DNA from: a bacterium
GTDB taxonomy: Bacteria > DUMJ01
Reading direction: 5' to 3'
DNA length: 45,040 bases
Assembly (NCBI GenBank): GCA_026418035.1
Contig: JAOACC010000097.1
Location: 1-45,040 of the forward strand
Under the pieces are notes generated by a model. That model worked only from the letters and a program-made list of their open reading frames with translations, was not told the DNA's origin and searched no databases. This document shows, in pieces, positions 17,545 through 27,499 of this stretch; the first letter of the stretch is position 1; each line of letters opens with the position of its first letter. A program made the position numbers and the translations under genes.

Positions 17545-20133
17545 ATGAAGTCAAAAGAGATAAGAGAGGAATTTTTAAAATTTTTTGAATCTAAAGGTCA
17601 TCTCAGGCTTGGCAGTGCAAGTCTGATTCCAGATGACCCAACTGTATTATTAACTATAGCAGGAATGGTCCCATTTAAGAGGTATTTCCTTGGTGAAACA
17701 CCTCCTGCTAGACGAATCACAACTGTACAGAAGTGTGTAAGAACACCAGACATAGAAAGGGTAGGTTATACTAGGAGACATTTAACATTCTTTGAAATGC
17801 TAGGTAATTTTTCTTTTGGAGATTATTTCAAAAGAGAAGCTATAACTTGGTCTTGGGAATTTCTGACAGAAATACTAAAACTTCCAAAAGAAAAACTTTG
17901 GATAACTGTCTATAAAGATGATGAAGAAACTATATCCATCTGGGAAAAAGAGGTAGGAATTTCAAGTACTCGGATAGTTCGTATGGGAGAAGAGGATAAC
18001 TTCTGGGCGATGGGTCCTGTAGGCCCTTGTGGACCTTGCTCTGAGGTAATCTTTGACCTAGGGCCCGAGTTTGGATGTGGGAAGCCAGATTGTAAGATAG
18101 GTTGTGACTGTGACAGGTATCTAGAAGTTTGGAACCTGGTCTTTACAGAATTTAATAGAGAGGAATCGGGGAGACTCTCTCCCCTACCAAGAAAAAATAT
18201 AGATACAGGAATGGGATTAGAAAGAGCAGCTTTTGTAATGCAAGGTGTAGGCTCAGTATTTGAAACAGACCTGTTTCAGCCCATAATGGAATACTTAGAA
18301 GAGATAACAGATAAGAGGTATAAAGAAAACACTAATATTACATACATCTTTAATGTTATAGCAGACCACTGTAGGGCTATTACATTCCTCATAGGGGATG
18401 GAGTTATTCCTAGTAATGAGGGAAGAGGATATGTACTAAGACGTATACTTAGAAGAGCGGTAAGATACGGGGTAAACCTTGGAATAAACGCTTCATTCCT
18501 CTACAAGATAGTACCACTAGTAATATTCCTTATGAAGGATGCCTATCCAGAGTTAGAAAAAGAAGAAGACTTCATAGTAAACATAGTAAAAAAGGAAGAG
18601 GAAAACTTCCTCTCTACACTAGAGAGAGGTTTAGACAGATTAGAAGGCATAATAGAAAAAGATAAATATGTATCTGGAGAAGAGGCATTCAGACTTTATG
18701 ATACATATGGATTTCCACTAGAACTCACTGTAGAAATAGCAAAAGAAAAGAATGTAGAGGTAGATATAGAAGGATTCTCCAAGATGATGGAGGAAAGCAG
18801 AGAAAGGGCAAGGGCAAGTAGAAAGAAAGTTCTTCTTACTACGATAAAAGAGGACCTAGCCACAAGATTTACCGGGTATGATACACTCGAAGATAGTGGG
18901 GAGATTATCTACTTAACCAAAGATAATAACCCTGCAGAAGAGTTAAATAAGGGAGAAATAGGAGAAATTGTTACAGATATTACTCCATTTTATGCAGAAA
19001 GTGGAGGACAGCTTGCCGATAAAGGTATAATCCTTTCAGATAATGCCAAACTTAATGTGTTAGATGTTCAAAAGAAGGGAAATGCTATATATCATAAGGT
19101 AGAGGTAGTAGAAGGAAGGGTGTCTATTGGAGATAAGGTATATTTAGTAGTTGATAGGGAAAGAAGAAAATCTTTGGCTAGAGCCCATACAGGGACGCAT
19201 CTATTGCATTCAGTTTTAAGAAAAACTTTAGGGGATATAGTAAAACAAGCAGGTTCTCTTGTAGATACAGATCTACTCAGGTTTGACTTTGTATATTTTG
19301 AGGATATACAAGCTTCTGTTAGAGACACTATAGAGAGTGAAGTAAACAGATATATAAGAGAAAATCTAGCGGTTAATATAGAAGAGCTTCCCTTAGAAGA
19401 GGCAATAAAGAGTGGAGCTATTGCTCTTTTTGAAGAGAGATATGGAGAAAATGTAAGAGTGGTAAGTATAGATACTGTAAGTAAAGAGTTATGCGGTGGA
19501 ACACATGTAAAAAGAACTGGAGATATTGGCATCTTTATTATAAAGGATATCTACAGTATAGGAACCGGAATAAAGAGGGTAGAAGCATTAGTAGGAGATA
19601 AAGCATTAAGATTTGCTCAAGAAGAAAGAGCACTGATAAAAGAGATCACAGATATACTTAAGAGTAACCCACAAGAGATTATATCTAGTCTTAAGAAGAG
19701 AGAGGATGAGATAGAATTACTTAAAAGGTATATAGAAAAGGCGGAGGACCTTTTAGCAGATCTTCTCTCAGAAAGGTTAATAGGAAATAGGATAAACTTA
19801 AATGGAATAGATATAGTTGGTTCGCTAATAGGAGATTTTTCTATCGAATTCTTAAGAATCGTAGGAGATAGAATAAAGGAAGAACTACCAAACGCTGTAA
19901 TTCTCCTTGGAGCAAAGGATAAAGATAGAGTAAGGTTTGTCCTTATGGTATCAAAAAATCTAGTAGAAAGAGGATTAAAGGCAGGAGAATTAATAAAAGA
20001 AGTGAGCAAGCTCTTTAATGGTAGCGGTGGTGGAAGAGATGAGCTTGCTCAGGGTGGAGGTAAATTGACTACCTCGTTTGACAGAGGAATAGACAAATTA
20101 AGAGAGATTATAGAGGAGAAGCTCAAAACCTAG
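17545..20133 (+). CDS. alaS: alanine--tRNA ligase
   Basis: 862 aa. [15 protein letters not shown] and [14 protein letters not shown], editing-domain HTGTHLLH and CGGTHV, C-terminal DHHA1-like [12 protein letters not shown]. Confidence 0.95.
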   Translation: MKSKEIREEFLKFFESKGHLRLGSASLIPDDPTVLLTIAGMVPFKRYFLGETPPARRITTVQKCVRTPDIERVGYTRRHLTFFEMLGNFSFGDYFKREAITWSWEFLTEILKLPKEKLWITVYKDDEETISIWEKEVGISSTRIVRMGEEDNFWAMGPVGPCGPCSEVIFDLGPEFGCGKPDCKIGCDCDRYLEVWNLVFTEFNREESGRLSPLPRKNIDTGMGLERAAFVMQGVGSVFETDLFQPIMEYLEEITDKRYKENTNITYIFNVIADHCRAITFLIGDGVIPSNEGRGYVLRRILRRAVRYGVNLGINASFLYKIVPLVIFLMKDAYPELEKEEDFIVNIVKKEEENFLSTLERGLDRLEGIIEKDKYVSGEEAFRLYDTYGFPLELTVEIAKEKNVEVDIEGFSKMMEESRERARASRKKVLLTTIKEDLATRFTGYDTLEDSGEIIYLTKDNNPAEELNKGEIGEIVTDITPFYAESGGQLADKGIILSDNAKLNVLDVQKKGNAIYHKVEVVEGRVSIGDKVYLVVDRERRKSLARAHTGTHLLHSVLRKTLGDIVKQAGSLVDTDLLRFDFVYFEDIQASVRDTIESEVNRYIRENLAVNIEELPLEEAIKSGAIALFEERYGENVRVVSIDTVSKELCGGTHVKRTGDIGIFIIKDIYSIGTGIKRVEALVGDKALRFAQEERALIKEITDILKSNPQEIISSLKKREDEIELLKRYIEKAEDLLADLLSERLIGNRINLNGIDIVGSLIGDFSIEFLRIVGDRIKEELPNAVILLGAKDKDRVRFVLMVSKNLVERGLKAGELIKEVSKLFNGSGGGRDELAQGGGKLTTSFDRGIDKLREIIEEKLKT

Positions 20134-21515
20134 AGGATATACTTAGAGATATCCTTCTCCTTAATGATACTAGAAAGCTTCTCCTCTACATATTTTTCAT
20201 CTATAATTATCTCTCCATTACCTATATCTGGGGCTTCAAAAGAAAGATCTTCTAGTACTTTTTCTGTTACGGTATAAAGCCTTCTAGCTCCTATATTCTC
20301 CAATTCTTCATTCAACTGAAAAGCCCTTCTTGCTATTGCATATATAGCGGATTCTGTGAATTTGAGATTTATACCTTCGGTGGCTAATAGCATTGTATAC
20401 TGCTTTATTAAGGCATTTTCCGGTTGAGTTAATATTCTTACAAAATCTTCAACTCTCAAGGGTTCAAGCTCAACCCTAATCGGAAATCTCCCCTGTAATT
20501 CGGGTATAAGGTCACTAGGTTTAGTCTCATGAAAAGCTCCTGCCCCAATAAAGAGTATATAATCTGTCCTTACTGGACCATATCTAGTATTAACAGTGGA
20601 TCCTTCTACTATTGGTAAAAGGTCTCTCTGAACTCCTTCTCTAGAAACATCAGGACCTACACCACGTTCTCTACCAGCGATCTTATCCATCTCATCTATA
20701 AATATGATTCCAGACTGCTCAGCCCTAGTTACACCCTCTCTAATAGCTCCTTCTTCATCTATAAGTTTTTTAGCCTCTTCCTCTTCTAAAATCTTCAAAG
20801 CCTCTCTAACTGTTGTCTTTCTACGGGTCTTTTTCTTAGGTAATATGCCATCAAATATACTCTGCATATTTAATCCTATATCTTCCATACCAGTACCACT
20901 TAAGACATTAAAAAATGGAGTATTAGAACTCTCAACCTCGATTTCCACAATAACATTATCTAATAACCCTTTTCTCAGGTCTATTCTAGCCCTTTCTCGC
21001 CTTTCCTTTATATCTGGTGGAACGATCTTACTTTGACTTCTCATAGCACCCTGAAATAACATCTCAAGGGGATTAACAGGTTCATAGTTCTGAGGATTTG
21101 GGAAGAGATATTCTAACAATCTATCTTCGGCAAAAACTCTCGCTTGTTCTCTAACCTTTTCAATCTCTCTACGTTTTACAGTCTGAACAGAAACCTCTAC
21201 TAGATCCCTAACCATAGAATCCACATCTCTTCCGACATAGCCAACCTCTGTAAATTTGGTAGCTTCTACCTTAACAAAAGGGGCATCAACTATCTGGGAG
21301 AGCCTACGGGCAATCTCTGTCTTACCTACTCCAGTAGGACCTATCATAAGGATATTCTTAGGAGATATCTCCTTTCTAAGTTCTTCCGGAAGTCTCATCC
21401 TACGGATTCTATTCCTTATAGCTATAGCTACAGCCTTTTTAGCCTGCTCCTGCCCAACTATATATCTGTCTAGTTCTCTAACTATTTCCTTAGGCGTAAG
21501 TTCATGATTATTCAA
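20130..21515 (-). CDS. hslU: ATP-dependent protease ATPase subunit HslU
   Basis: 461 aa. [27 protein letters not shown], Walker [15 protein letters not shown], Walker [14 protein letters not shown] start with SD GGAAGTGA. Confidence 0.9.
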   Translation of the reverse strand: MNNHELTPKEIVRELDRYIVGQEQAKKAVAIAIRNRIRRMRLPEELRKEISPKNILMIGPTGVGKTEIARRLSQIVDAPFVKVEATKFTEVGYVGRDVDSMVRDLVEVSVQTVKRREIEKVREQARVFAEDRLLEYLFPNPQNYEPVNPLEMLFQGAMRSQSKIVPPDIKERRERARIDLRKGLLDNVIVEIEVESSNTPFFNVLSGTGMEDIGLNMQSIFDGILPKKKTRRKTTVREALKILEEEEAKKLIDEEGAIREGVTRAEQSGIIFIDEMDKIAGRERGVGPDVSREGVQRDLLPIVEGSTVNTRYGPVRTDYILFIGAGAFHETKPSDLIPELQGRFPIRVELEPLRVEDFVRILTQPENALIKQYTMLLATEGINLKFTESAIYAIARRAFQLNEELENIGARRLYTVTEKVLEDLSFEAPDIGNGEIIIDEKYVEEKLSSIIKEKDISKYIL

Positions 21516-21543
21516 TTTAAATCACTTCCTTTTATAAAGTCTT

Positions 21544-23022
21544 CTATTTTATTATAACAGTATTTAGATACCTTTCATACTCCTTTTCCCATATCTCTGT
21601 ATCTTTTGGATTATATACTACCGTTTCAAAGGAATTCTTTATAAGTCTTCTTCCCTCTTCTAGATCCTTAATAGCCCCTTTAACCATTGCCTGAACCATA
21701 ATATTACCCATAGCGGTTGCCTCTACCGGACCCGTATATACAGGTATGCCTAATGTATTGGCAGTAAACTGTGACAAAAGGGTATTTTGAGAACCTCCGC
21801 CAACTATATGTAAGACATTTATATCTTTCTTTATTAGACTCTTTAATTTTTCAAAAACTTCTTTGTACTTGAAAGCTAAACTCTCTAGAACACATCTAGC
21901 TATTTCTCCCTTAGTCTCAGGAATTCCTTGATTTGTCTTTTCACAAAAACTTTTTATAGCTGTTGGCATATCAGGTGGATTTAGAAATATTGGATCATCA
22001 GGGTCAATAAAGAATCTAAAGGGCTTAGCCTCCTCTGCTAGTTTAACTATCTCACTATATGAGAGACTGTAGCCTTCTCTTTCCCAAGACCTTCTACACC
22101 CTTGAAGTAACCATAGTCCACTTATATTCTTTAAGAATCTAAAGGTCCTATTAACCCCACCTTCATTTGTAAAATTAGCATCCATAGACTCCTTATTAAT
22201 TATTGGCTCTTTTATCTCAACTCCAATTAAAGACCAAGTCCCAGAGCTTATATAAGCCCAGTTTTCGCCTTCTCCAGGAACAGCTGCTACCGCAGAACCC
22301 GTGTCATGCTCTGCAGGGGCAACAACTGTAATCTCACCTATATTCAATTCTTCTCTTATATCTTTAGTGATACTCCCAAGATTAGTTCCTGTAGGCATAA
22401 TCTCAGGCATAATATCCATCGGTAAACCGAGAGAAGCAAATATCTTTTCACTCCATTTATCTTTTATTGGATCATAGAGTTGGGATGTTGTAGCTATAGA
22501 AAACTCCGTAGTTACTTTACCAGTAAACATAAAATTAAAGAGGTCTGGCATAAAAAGAAGTTTATATATAGACTTAAATAATGGAGAGTTTTCTAGAATC
22601 ATACTATAAAGCTGAAAGATAGAATTTATCTGCATAATCTGAATCCCAGTTAGAGAATAGAGCTCTTCTTTAGGAATTATCTCAAAAACCTTCTCAGGAA
22701 CCCCATCGGTCCTATGGTCCCTATAGCATACAGGCAACCCAACTAGCTCATTATTCTTACTTATAAAACCAAAATCGACACCCCAAGTATCTATACCTAA
22801 ACTTTCTATATCCGGAAATTCTTTAACACCATTTAAGAGACCAATCTTTAACTCTTGAAAAATCTGTGTGATATTCCAATACAGACGACCTAAGATTCTT
22901 ACAGGTCTATTTATGAATCTGTGAACCTCTTTAAGAGAAATCTTCTCTTCTTCTAATATTCCAACAACAGCCCTACCACTCTCAGCCCCTAAATCAAAGG
23001 CAAGAAAAGTCCTTCTACTCAT
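21544..23022 (-). CDS. rhaB: rhamnulokinase (FGGY carbohydrate kinase)
   Basis: 492 aa. N-terminal FLAFDLGAESGRAVVG, C-terminal HIVGGGSQNTLLSQFTANTLGIPV. Divergent from a rhamnose isomerase gene. Confidence 0.8.
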   Translation of the reverse strand: MSRRTFLAFDLGAESGRAVVGILEEEKISLKEVHRFINRPVRILGRLYWNITQIFQELKIGLLNGVKEFPDIESLGIDTWGVDFGFISKNNELVGLPVCYRDHRTDGVPEKVFEIIPKEELYSLTGIQIMQINSIFQLYSMILENSPLFKSIYKLLFMPDLFNFMFTGKVTTEFSIATTSQLYDPIKDKWSEKIFASLGLPMDIMPEIMPTGTNLGSITKDIREELNIGEITVVAPAEHDTGSAVAAVPGEGENWAYISSGTWSLIGVEIKEPIINKESMDANFTNEGGVNRTFRFLKNISGLWLLQGCRRSWEREGYSLSYSEIVKLAEEAKPFRFFIDPDDPIFLNPPDMPTAIKSFCEKTNQGIPETKGEIARCVLESLAFKYKEVFEKLKSLIKKDINVLHIVGGGSQNTLLSQFTANTLGIPVYTGPVEATAMGNIMVQAMVKGAIKDLEEGRRLIKNSFETVVYNPKDTEIWEKEYERYLNTVIIK

Positions 23023-23200
23023 AGAATATTTCCCTCCTCAACTTTACTTGTAATATCAACATCACATTAATTATAGCAAAGAATCAAGAAATTTAATCTG
23101 TAATGATGTATAGCTTATGTCAAACTATACAATGCTTGTCTAGTAATAGAATTGTGATAAGATTAATAATAAATCTGACTTGCTAGGAGGTAAGGAGAAC

Positions 23201-24394
23201 ATGAAAGACTACCAGAAAAGATACGAGCTTCTAAAAGAATCTCTTGCAGAGAAAGGGATAGATGTAGATCAGATAAAAGAGAAGCTAAAGAAACAGAGAA
23301 TAGAGACTCCAAGCTGGGCTTATGGAGATTCTGGAACAAGATTCTATGTCTTTAAACAAAAAGGTGCTGCTAGGAACGTCCGTGAAAAATTACAAGATGC
23401 TTCACAGGTGCACAAACTTACAGGAGTCTGTCCTACGGTAGCGCTACATATACCTTGGGACTATACTGATAACTGGGACGAATTATTGGAGTATGCAAAA
23501 TCTTTAGGAATAAAACCTGGAGCAATAAATCCAAATTTATTTCAAGATGACGATTATAAGCTTGGAAGTCTATGTAACCCAGACAAAAGGATAAGGGAGA
23601 AAGCAATAAATCATGTCTTAGAATGTATAGAGATTGCCAAGAGACTGGGTTCAAGAGATATCAGTCTATGGATCTCTGATGGAACAAATCACCCTGGGCA
23701 GGATGATATAAGAAATAGAAAGCATAGATTAGAAGAATCATTAAGGGAGATCTATAAGCATCTAGATGATAGAATGAGGCTTCTCTTAGAATACAAGTTT
23801 TTTGAGCCAGCCTTTTATCTTACAGACGTTGGAGACTGGGGAATGGCATACCTACTCTCAACTAAACTGGGTCCTAAAGCTATGGTCCTAGTAGATCTTG
23901 GTCACCATCCTTTGGGAACAAATATAGAGCAGATTGTTGCTTACCTGATAGACGAAGGGAAATTAGGAGGATTTCACTTTAATGCAAAGAAGTATGCGGA
24001 TGATGACTTAACGGTGGGTTCGATAAATCCATACGAATTATTCCTTATCTATAATGAACTAGTTGGGGCAGAAGAAGAGGGAGTAAAGCTTGATGTTGCC
24101 TATATGATAGACCAAAGTCACAATATAAAGCAGAAGATAGAGGAGATGCTTCAGAGTGTAGAAAATATCCAAAAGGCTTACGCAAAAGCGTTAATAGTAG
24201 ATAGAAGATCACTAAGGAAATATCAATTAGAAGGAGACGTTGTAAGCGCAGAGAAGATTCTTACTGATGCATTTGAAACAGATGTAATGCCAATAATATA
24301 TAAAGCTAGAGAAGAGCTAGGTGTTCCTCTAGACCCAATAAAGGCGTTAAGAGAAAGTAGATATCTAGAAAAGATAAAAGAGGAAAGAAAATAA
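23201..24394 (+). CDS. rhaI: L-rhamnose isomerase, P. stutzeri/Thermotoga type (xylose-isomerase-like TIM barrel)
   Basis: ATG at 23201 with SD AAGGAG; the track's TTG at 23180 is less likely. From memory, it is collinear with P. stutzeri L-RhI motifs: PSWA.GDSGTRF, LHIPWD, ECIEIAK, YKFFEPAFY, VDLGHH, GKLGGFHFN, MIDQSHN. Confidence 0.8.
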   Translation: MKDYQKRYELLKESLAEKGIDVDQIKEKLKKQRIETPSWAYGDSGTRFYVFKQKGAARNVREKLQDASQVHKLTGVCPTVALHIPWDYTDNWDELLEYAKSLGIKPGAINPNLFQDDDYKLGSLCNPDKRIREKAINHVLECIEIAKRLGSRDISLWISDGTNHPGQDDIRNRKHRLEESLREIYKHLDDRMRLLLEYKFFEPAFYLTDVGDWGMAYLLSTKLGPKAMVLVDLGHHPLGTNIEQIVAYLIDEGKLGGFHFNAKKYADDDLTVGSINPYELFLIYNELVGAEEEGVKLDVAYMIDQSHNIKQKIEEMLQSVENIQKAYAKALIVDRRSLRKYQLEGDVVSAEKILTDAFETDVMPIIYKAREELGVPLDPIKALRESRYLEKIKEERK

Positions 24395-24422
24395 GGGGCG
24401 GATATATCCGCCCCTTATTTTT
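24393..24422. terminator. bidirectional intrinsic terminator between rhaI and ridA
   Basis: Perfect 24-nt palindrome AAGGGGCGGATATATCCGCCCCTT (24393-24416): a GC-rich 10-bp stem with a 4-nt loop. Flanked by ATTTTT on the plus strand and ATTTTCTTTCC on the minus strand. It overlaps the rhaI stop codon by 2 nt and its downstream T-run overlaps the ridA stop codon by 2 nt. Confidence 0.8.
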
Positions 24423-24798
24423 ACCCTTTAAAAGCTATAGCCTCTATCTCTACTCTAGCCCCTCTGGGTAACTCTTTTACCGCTATAGTACTTCTAGCTG
24501 GAGGGTCTTTTCTAAAGAAAGATTCGTAAGCTTCGTTAAATTCTTTAAAGTCTTCCATACTGGTAAGAAAGACAGTAGTCTTGACAATTGAATCCATAGG
24601 TAGGTCTAATTCCTCTAATATAGCCCCAATATTCTTTAGAATCTGAGTAGTAGCTTCTTTAATATCAGCCTTCATCTCTCCAGAAACTGTATCTATAGGA
24701 ATCTGACCAGATATAAAGACAAAATCACCAGCTATAACAGCCTGAGAATAAGGTCCAATAGCTCTAGGAGCTTTATCAGTAGATATTGCTCTTTTCAT
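24421..24798 (-). CDS. ridA: RidA/YjgF family reactive-intermediate deaminase
   Basis: APRAIGPYSQAV..GQIP...ARVEIEAIA. The ATG at 24798 has GGAGG 8 nt upstream. The track start at 24828 adds 10 aa without an SD. Confidence 0.85.
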   Translation of the reverse strand: MKRAISTDKAPRAIGPYSQAVIAGDFVFISGQIPIDTVSGEMKADIKEATTQILKNIGAILEELDLPMDSIVKTTVFLTSMEDFKEFNEAYESFFRKDPPARSTIAVKELPRGARVEIEAIAFKG

Positions 24799-24851
24799 CA
24801 GCTCATCCTCCTTCTTATAAATTAACATACCTTAGATATTTTCTCATAAGT

Positions 24852-24880
24852 TTGTATGATCTGCAATTTTGCTGTATAAT
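24852..24880 (+). promoter_or_regulatory. candidate promoter giving a leaderless nudF mRNA
   Basis: TTGTAT (24852-24857), a 17-nt spacer, then TATAAT (24875-24880). The ATG at 24887 begins 6 nt after the -10 box, and no SD is present. Confidence 0.35.
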
Positions 24881-24886
24881 TAAGCT

Positions 24887-25414
24887 ATGTATATGGAAGA
24901 GGAACTTATCAATTCAACATTAAGATTCGATGGTAAACTTATAAAGGTAAAGGTAGATGAGGTAAAAACTCCCGAAGGAGATATAGCTACTAGAGAGGTC
25001 GTAGTACATAAGGGGGCTGTAGCAGTTCTACCTATAGTAGATAATAAAGTCTTACTGGTAAAACAGTACAGACATCCAGTAAGAGAGATTCTCTGGGAGA
25101 TACCTGCAGGGGTTTTTAAGGAAGGAGAAACTCCAGAGGAATGTGCAGCAAGAGAACTTAGGGAGGAGACAGGATTATCTCCAATAAATCTAATAAAGCT
25201 AGGAGAGATATTTGTATCACCAGGGTATAGCACAGAAAAGATACATCTTTTCTACGCAGACAAATTCATTCCTTCACCTCTACCTAAAGATAAAGACGAG
25301 TTTATAGAATTAGGAGAGTTTGCTATAGATTCTTTTAAAGAGATGATAGAGGAAGGAAAGATAAAGGATAGTAAAACCTTATCTGCATTTTGTCTTTATC
25401 TAATAAAGAGATGA
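24887..25414 (+). CDS. nudF: NUDIX hydrolase, ADP-ribose pyrophosphatase type
   Basis: 175 aa. Nudix box GVFKEGETPEECAARELREETGL. N-terminal beta domain typical of ADPRases. Confidence 0.75.
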   Translation: MYMEEELINSTLRFDGKLIKVKVDEVKTPEGDIATREVVVHKGAVAVLPIVDNKVLLVKQYRHPVREILWEIPAGVFKEGETPEECAARELREETGLSPINLIKLGEIFVSPGYSTEKIHLFYADKFIPSPLPKDKDEFIELGEFAIDSFKEMIEEGKIKDSKTLSAFCLYLIKR

Positions 25415-26619
25415 GAGTATTTTGCGATTTACACATACATATAGGTAGTACTTCTAGAGGAGAAGCGGTTAAGGTAACAGGAGCTAAGAATCTTACCTTT
25501 GGCAATATAGCAAAGGAGTGTAAGGAAAGAAAGGGTATTCAGATCGTAGGAATTGTTGACTGCGCATCCCCGATTGTCTTGAAAGATATCGACGAATTAA
25601 TAGAATCAGGAGAGATTACAGAGATTACTGACGGAGGATTCTTATTTAGAGATGAGATTTTAATAATCCCTGGGGCTGAAGTAGAAACAACCGAAGCCAA
25701 TGGAGGTAATTCCCATCATATAGCTTTCTTCCCAACCTTAGAGGACATAAAAAGATTCAGTAAATTTTTATCTAGGCATGTAACAAATATAAACTTTAGC
25801 ACACAGCGATGTAGATTGCCAGCTCAAAGAATTTGGGAGGTAGTAAATAGTCTAGATGGAATTCTTATACCAGCTCATGCGTTTACTCCACATAAGAGTG
25901 TATATGGAAACTGCTATCCAAGATTATCTCAGATATTCAAGGATAGTGCATTAGACAGAATACCTGCAGTAGAGCTAGGGTTAAGTGCTGATACTGATCT
26001 AGCAGATAGGATAGCGGAACTATCAAAATTTTCATTCTTAAGTAATTCAGATGCCCATTCTCTAACTAAGATTGGAAGAGAATATAATATTATAGAAGTA
26101 GAAAAAACATCTTATAAAGAGTTACTAATGGCACTAATTAGAAAAGACGGGAGAAAGGTAATTGCTAACTATGGCTTGGACCCTAAGTTGGGGAAATATC
26201 ATAGAAGTTTTTGTCCATTATGTGAACGAATAGCAGAGGAAGACCCTCCTGTTACGGTATGTAAGAACTGTGGTAATGAGAATATGGTAATAGGCGTTTT
26301 AGACAGAATAACATTGATACAAGACTATCCTGAGCCTAGACATCCTGATCATAGACCCCCGTACCACTACCAAGTTCCACTAGAGTTTGTTCCAGGGATA
26401 GGAGAGAAAACCTATGAAGTCCTTATAAACACATTTGGAAGCGAGATGGGTGTTTTACACAAGGCTGACGAGGAGAGTTTAATTAAGGTAGCAGGAAAGG
26501 AACTGGCAAAACTTATAATAAAGGCAAGAGAAGGGACATTGAAATTAGCTCCTGGAGGGGGAGGAATATATGGAAAAGTTGTTGAAGAGAAAAAGCAGAG
26601 ACAGCTATCTCTATTCTGA
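25411..26619 (+). CDS. Endonuclease Q family protein (PHP domain, zinc finger, helical C-terminal domain; TIGR00375-like)
   Basis: ATG at 25411 forms an ATGA overlap with the nudF stop. Motifs shared with P. furiosus EndoQ as I recall it: DLHIH, HHIAFFPTL, PAHAFTP, ELGLSADTDLAD, LSNSDAHS, GLDPKLGKYH, CPLC..CKNCG, PGGGGIYG. Confidence 0.75.
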   Translation: MRVFCDLHIHIGSTSRGEAVKVTGAKNLTFGNIAKECKERKGIQIVGIVDCASPIVLKDIDELIESGEITEITDGGFLFRDEILIIPGAEVETTEANGGNSHHIAFFPTLEDIKRFSKFLSRHVTNINFSTQRCRLPAQRIWEVVNSLDGILIPAHAFTPHKSVYGNCYPRLSQIFKDSALDRIPAVELGLSADTDLADRIAELSKFSFLSNSDAHSLTKIGREYNIIEVEKTSYKELLMALIRKDGRKVIANYGLDPKLGKYHRSFCPLCERIAEEDPPVTVCKNCGNENMVIGVLDRITLIQDYPEPRHPDHRPPYHYQVPLEFVPGIGEKTYEVLINTFGSEMGVLHKADEESLIKVAGKELAKLIIKAREGTLKLAPGGGGIYGKVVEEKKQRQLSLF

Positions 26620-27499
26620 TGAATACTGCATAGAAAAATTTCTGTCCTTTCTCTCTTATGAAAGAGGTTACTCACAAAATACACTATCTTCCTATAAGAT
26701 CGACCTAGTAGAGTTGTCTGATTTCCTAAATGAAAAGGAAAGTTCCTTAATAAAGGCAAGTAAGGACGACCTTGTTCAATTTATTAATATGCTTTCTGAA
26801 AGAGGTTTTACAAATAACACAATAATAAGGAAATTGGCATCAATAAGAACATTCTTTAAATACTTATTAAGTGAAGGGATGATTGAGGAGGACCTAGTAT
26901 CCTTCTTGGATACCCCAAAAAAGGAGAAAAAGATACCTAAGGTATTATTTGAAGATCAGATAAAAAAGCTCTTAGAACAACCTCTACTTCAAGAAGAAAG
27001 ATACGCTAGAGAAAGGTCTATTCTAGAACTTCTCTATTCATGTGGACTTAGAGTAAGTGAGATAGTAAACCTAACTATCAATGATATAAATCTAGAAGAG
27101 GGATTCGTAAGGATAAAAGGTAAAGGAAATAAAGAAAGGATAGTTCCTCTGGGTTCAAAGGCGATATCTGCTATTAACGAATATTTAAAACAGAGGAAAC
27201 ATATAAAAGAGAAAAAGCTATTTTTAAATAGTAGGAATAAAGGATTGTCACGTCAGAGTGTCTGGCTTATAGTAAAGCAATTTGCCAATAATGTAGGTCT
27301 AGATATAAGCCCTCATACACTGAGACACTCATTTGCTACTCATCTATTGGATAATGGAGCAGACTTAAGAGTTGTTCAAGAACTTTTAGGACATTCTAGT
27401 ATATCTACAACACAGATATACACACATGTATCTAACAAAAGGCTAAAAGAGGAATTTGAGATGGCTCATCCAAGAGCTATAGAAAGGAGAGATGTATGA
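26570..27499 (+). CDS. xerD: tyrosine site-specific recombinase XerD (XerC/XerD family)
   Basis: 309 aa. N-terminal SQNTLSSYKIDL (XerD-like). Catalytic residues in GLRVSE, HTLRHSFATHLL and LGHSSISTTQIYTHV. SD GGAGG 5 nt before the ATG. 50-nt overlap with the EndoQ gene. Confidence 0.8.
   Translation: MEKLLKRKSRDSYLYSDEYCIEKFLSFLSYERGYSQNTLSSYKIDLVELSDFLNEKESSLIKASKDDLVQFINMLSERGFTNNTIIRKLASIRTFFKYLLSEGMIEEDLVSFLDTPKKEKKIPKVLFEDQIKKLLEQPLLQEERYARERSILELLYSCGLRVSEIVNLTINDINLEEGFVRIKGKGNKERIVPLGSKAISAINEYLKQRKHIKEKKLFLNSRNKGLSRQSVWLIVKQFANNVGLDISPHTLRHSFATHLLDNGADLRVVQELLGHSSISTTQIYTHVSNKRLKEEFEMAHPRAIERRDV

Noticed and set aside
20134-20155. 7-bp inverted repeat AGGATAT-N8-ATATCCT just after the alaS stop, as a terminator.
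   Set aside because: It lies inside the hslU coding region, is AT-rich and short, and has no U-tract.
26570-27499. Tyrosine recombinase as a phage or ICE integrase marking a mobile island.
   Set aside because: The size, XerD-like N-terminal motif and housekeeping neighbours (nudF, fabI) fit the chromosomal dimer-resolution recombinase. There are no flanking direct repeats, phage genes or adjacent tRNA; the nearest tRNA is 8 kb away.
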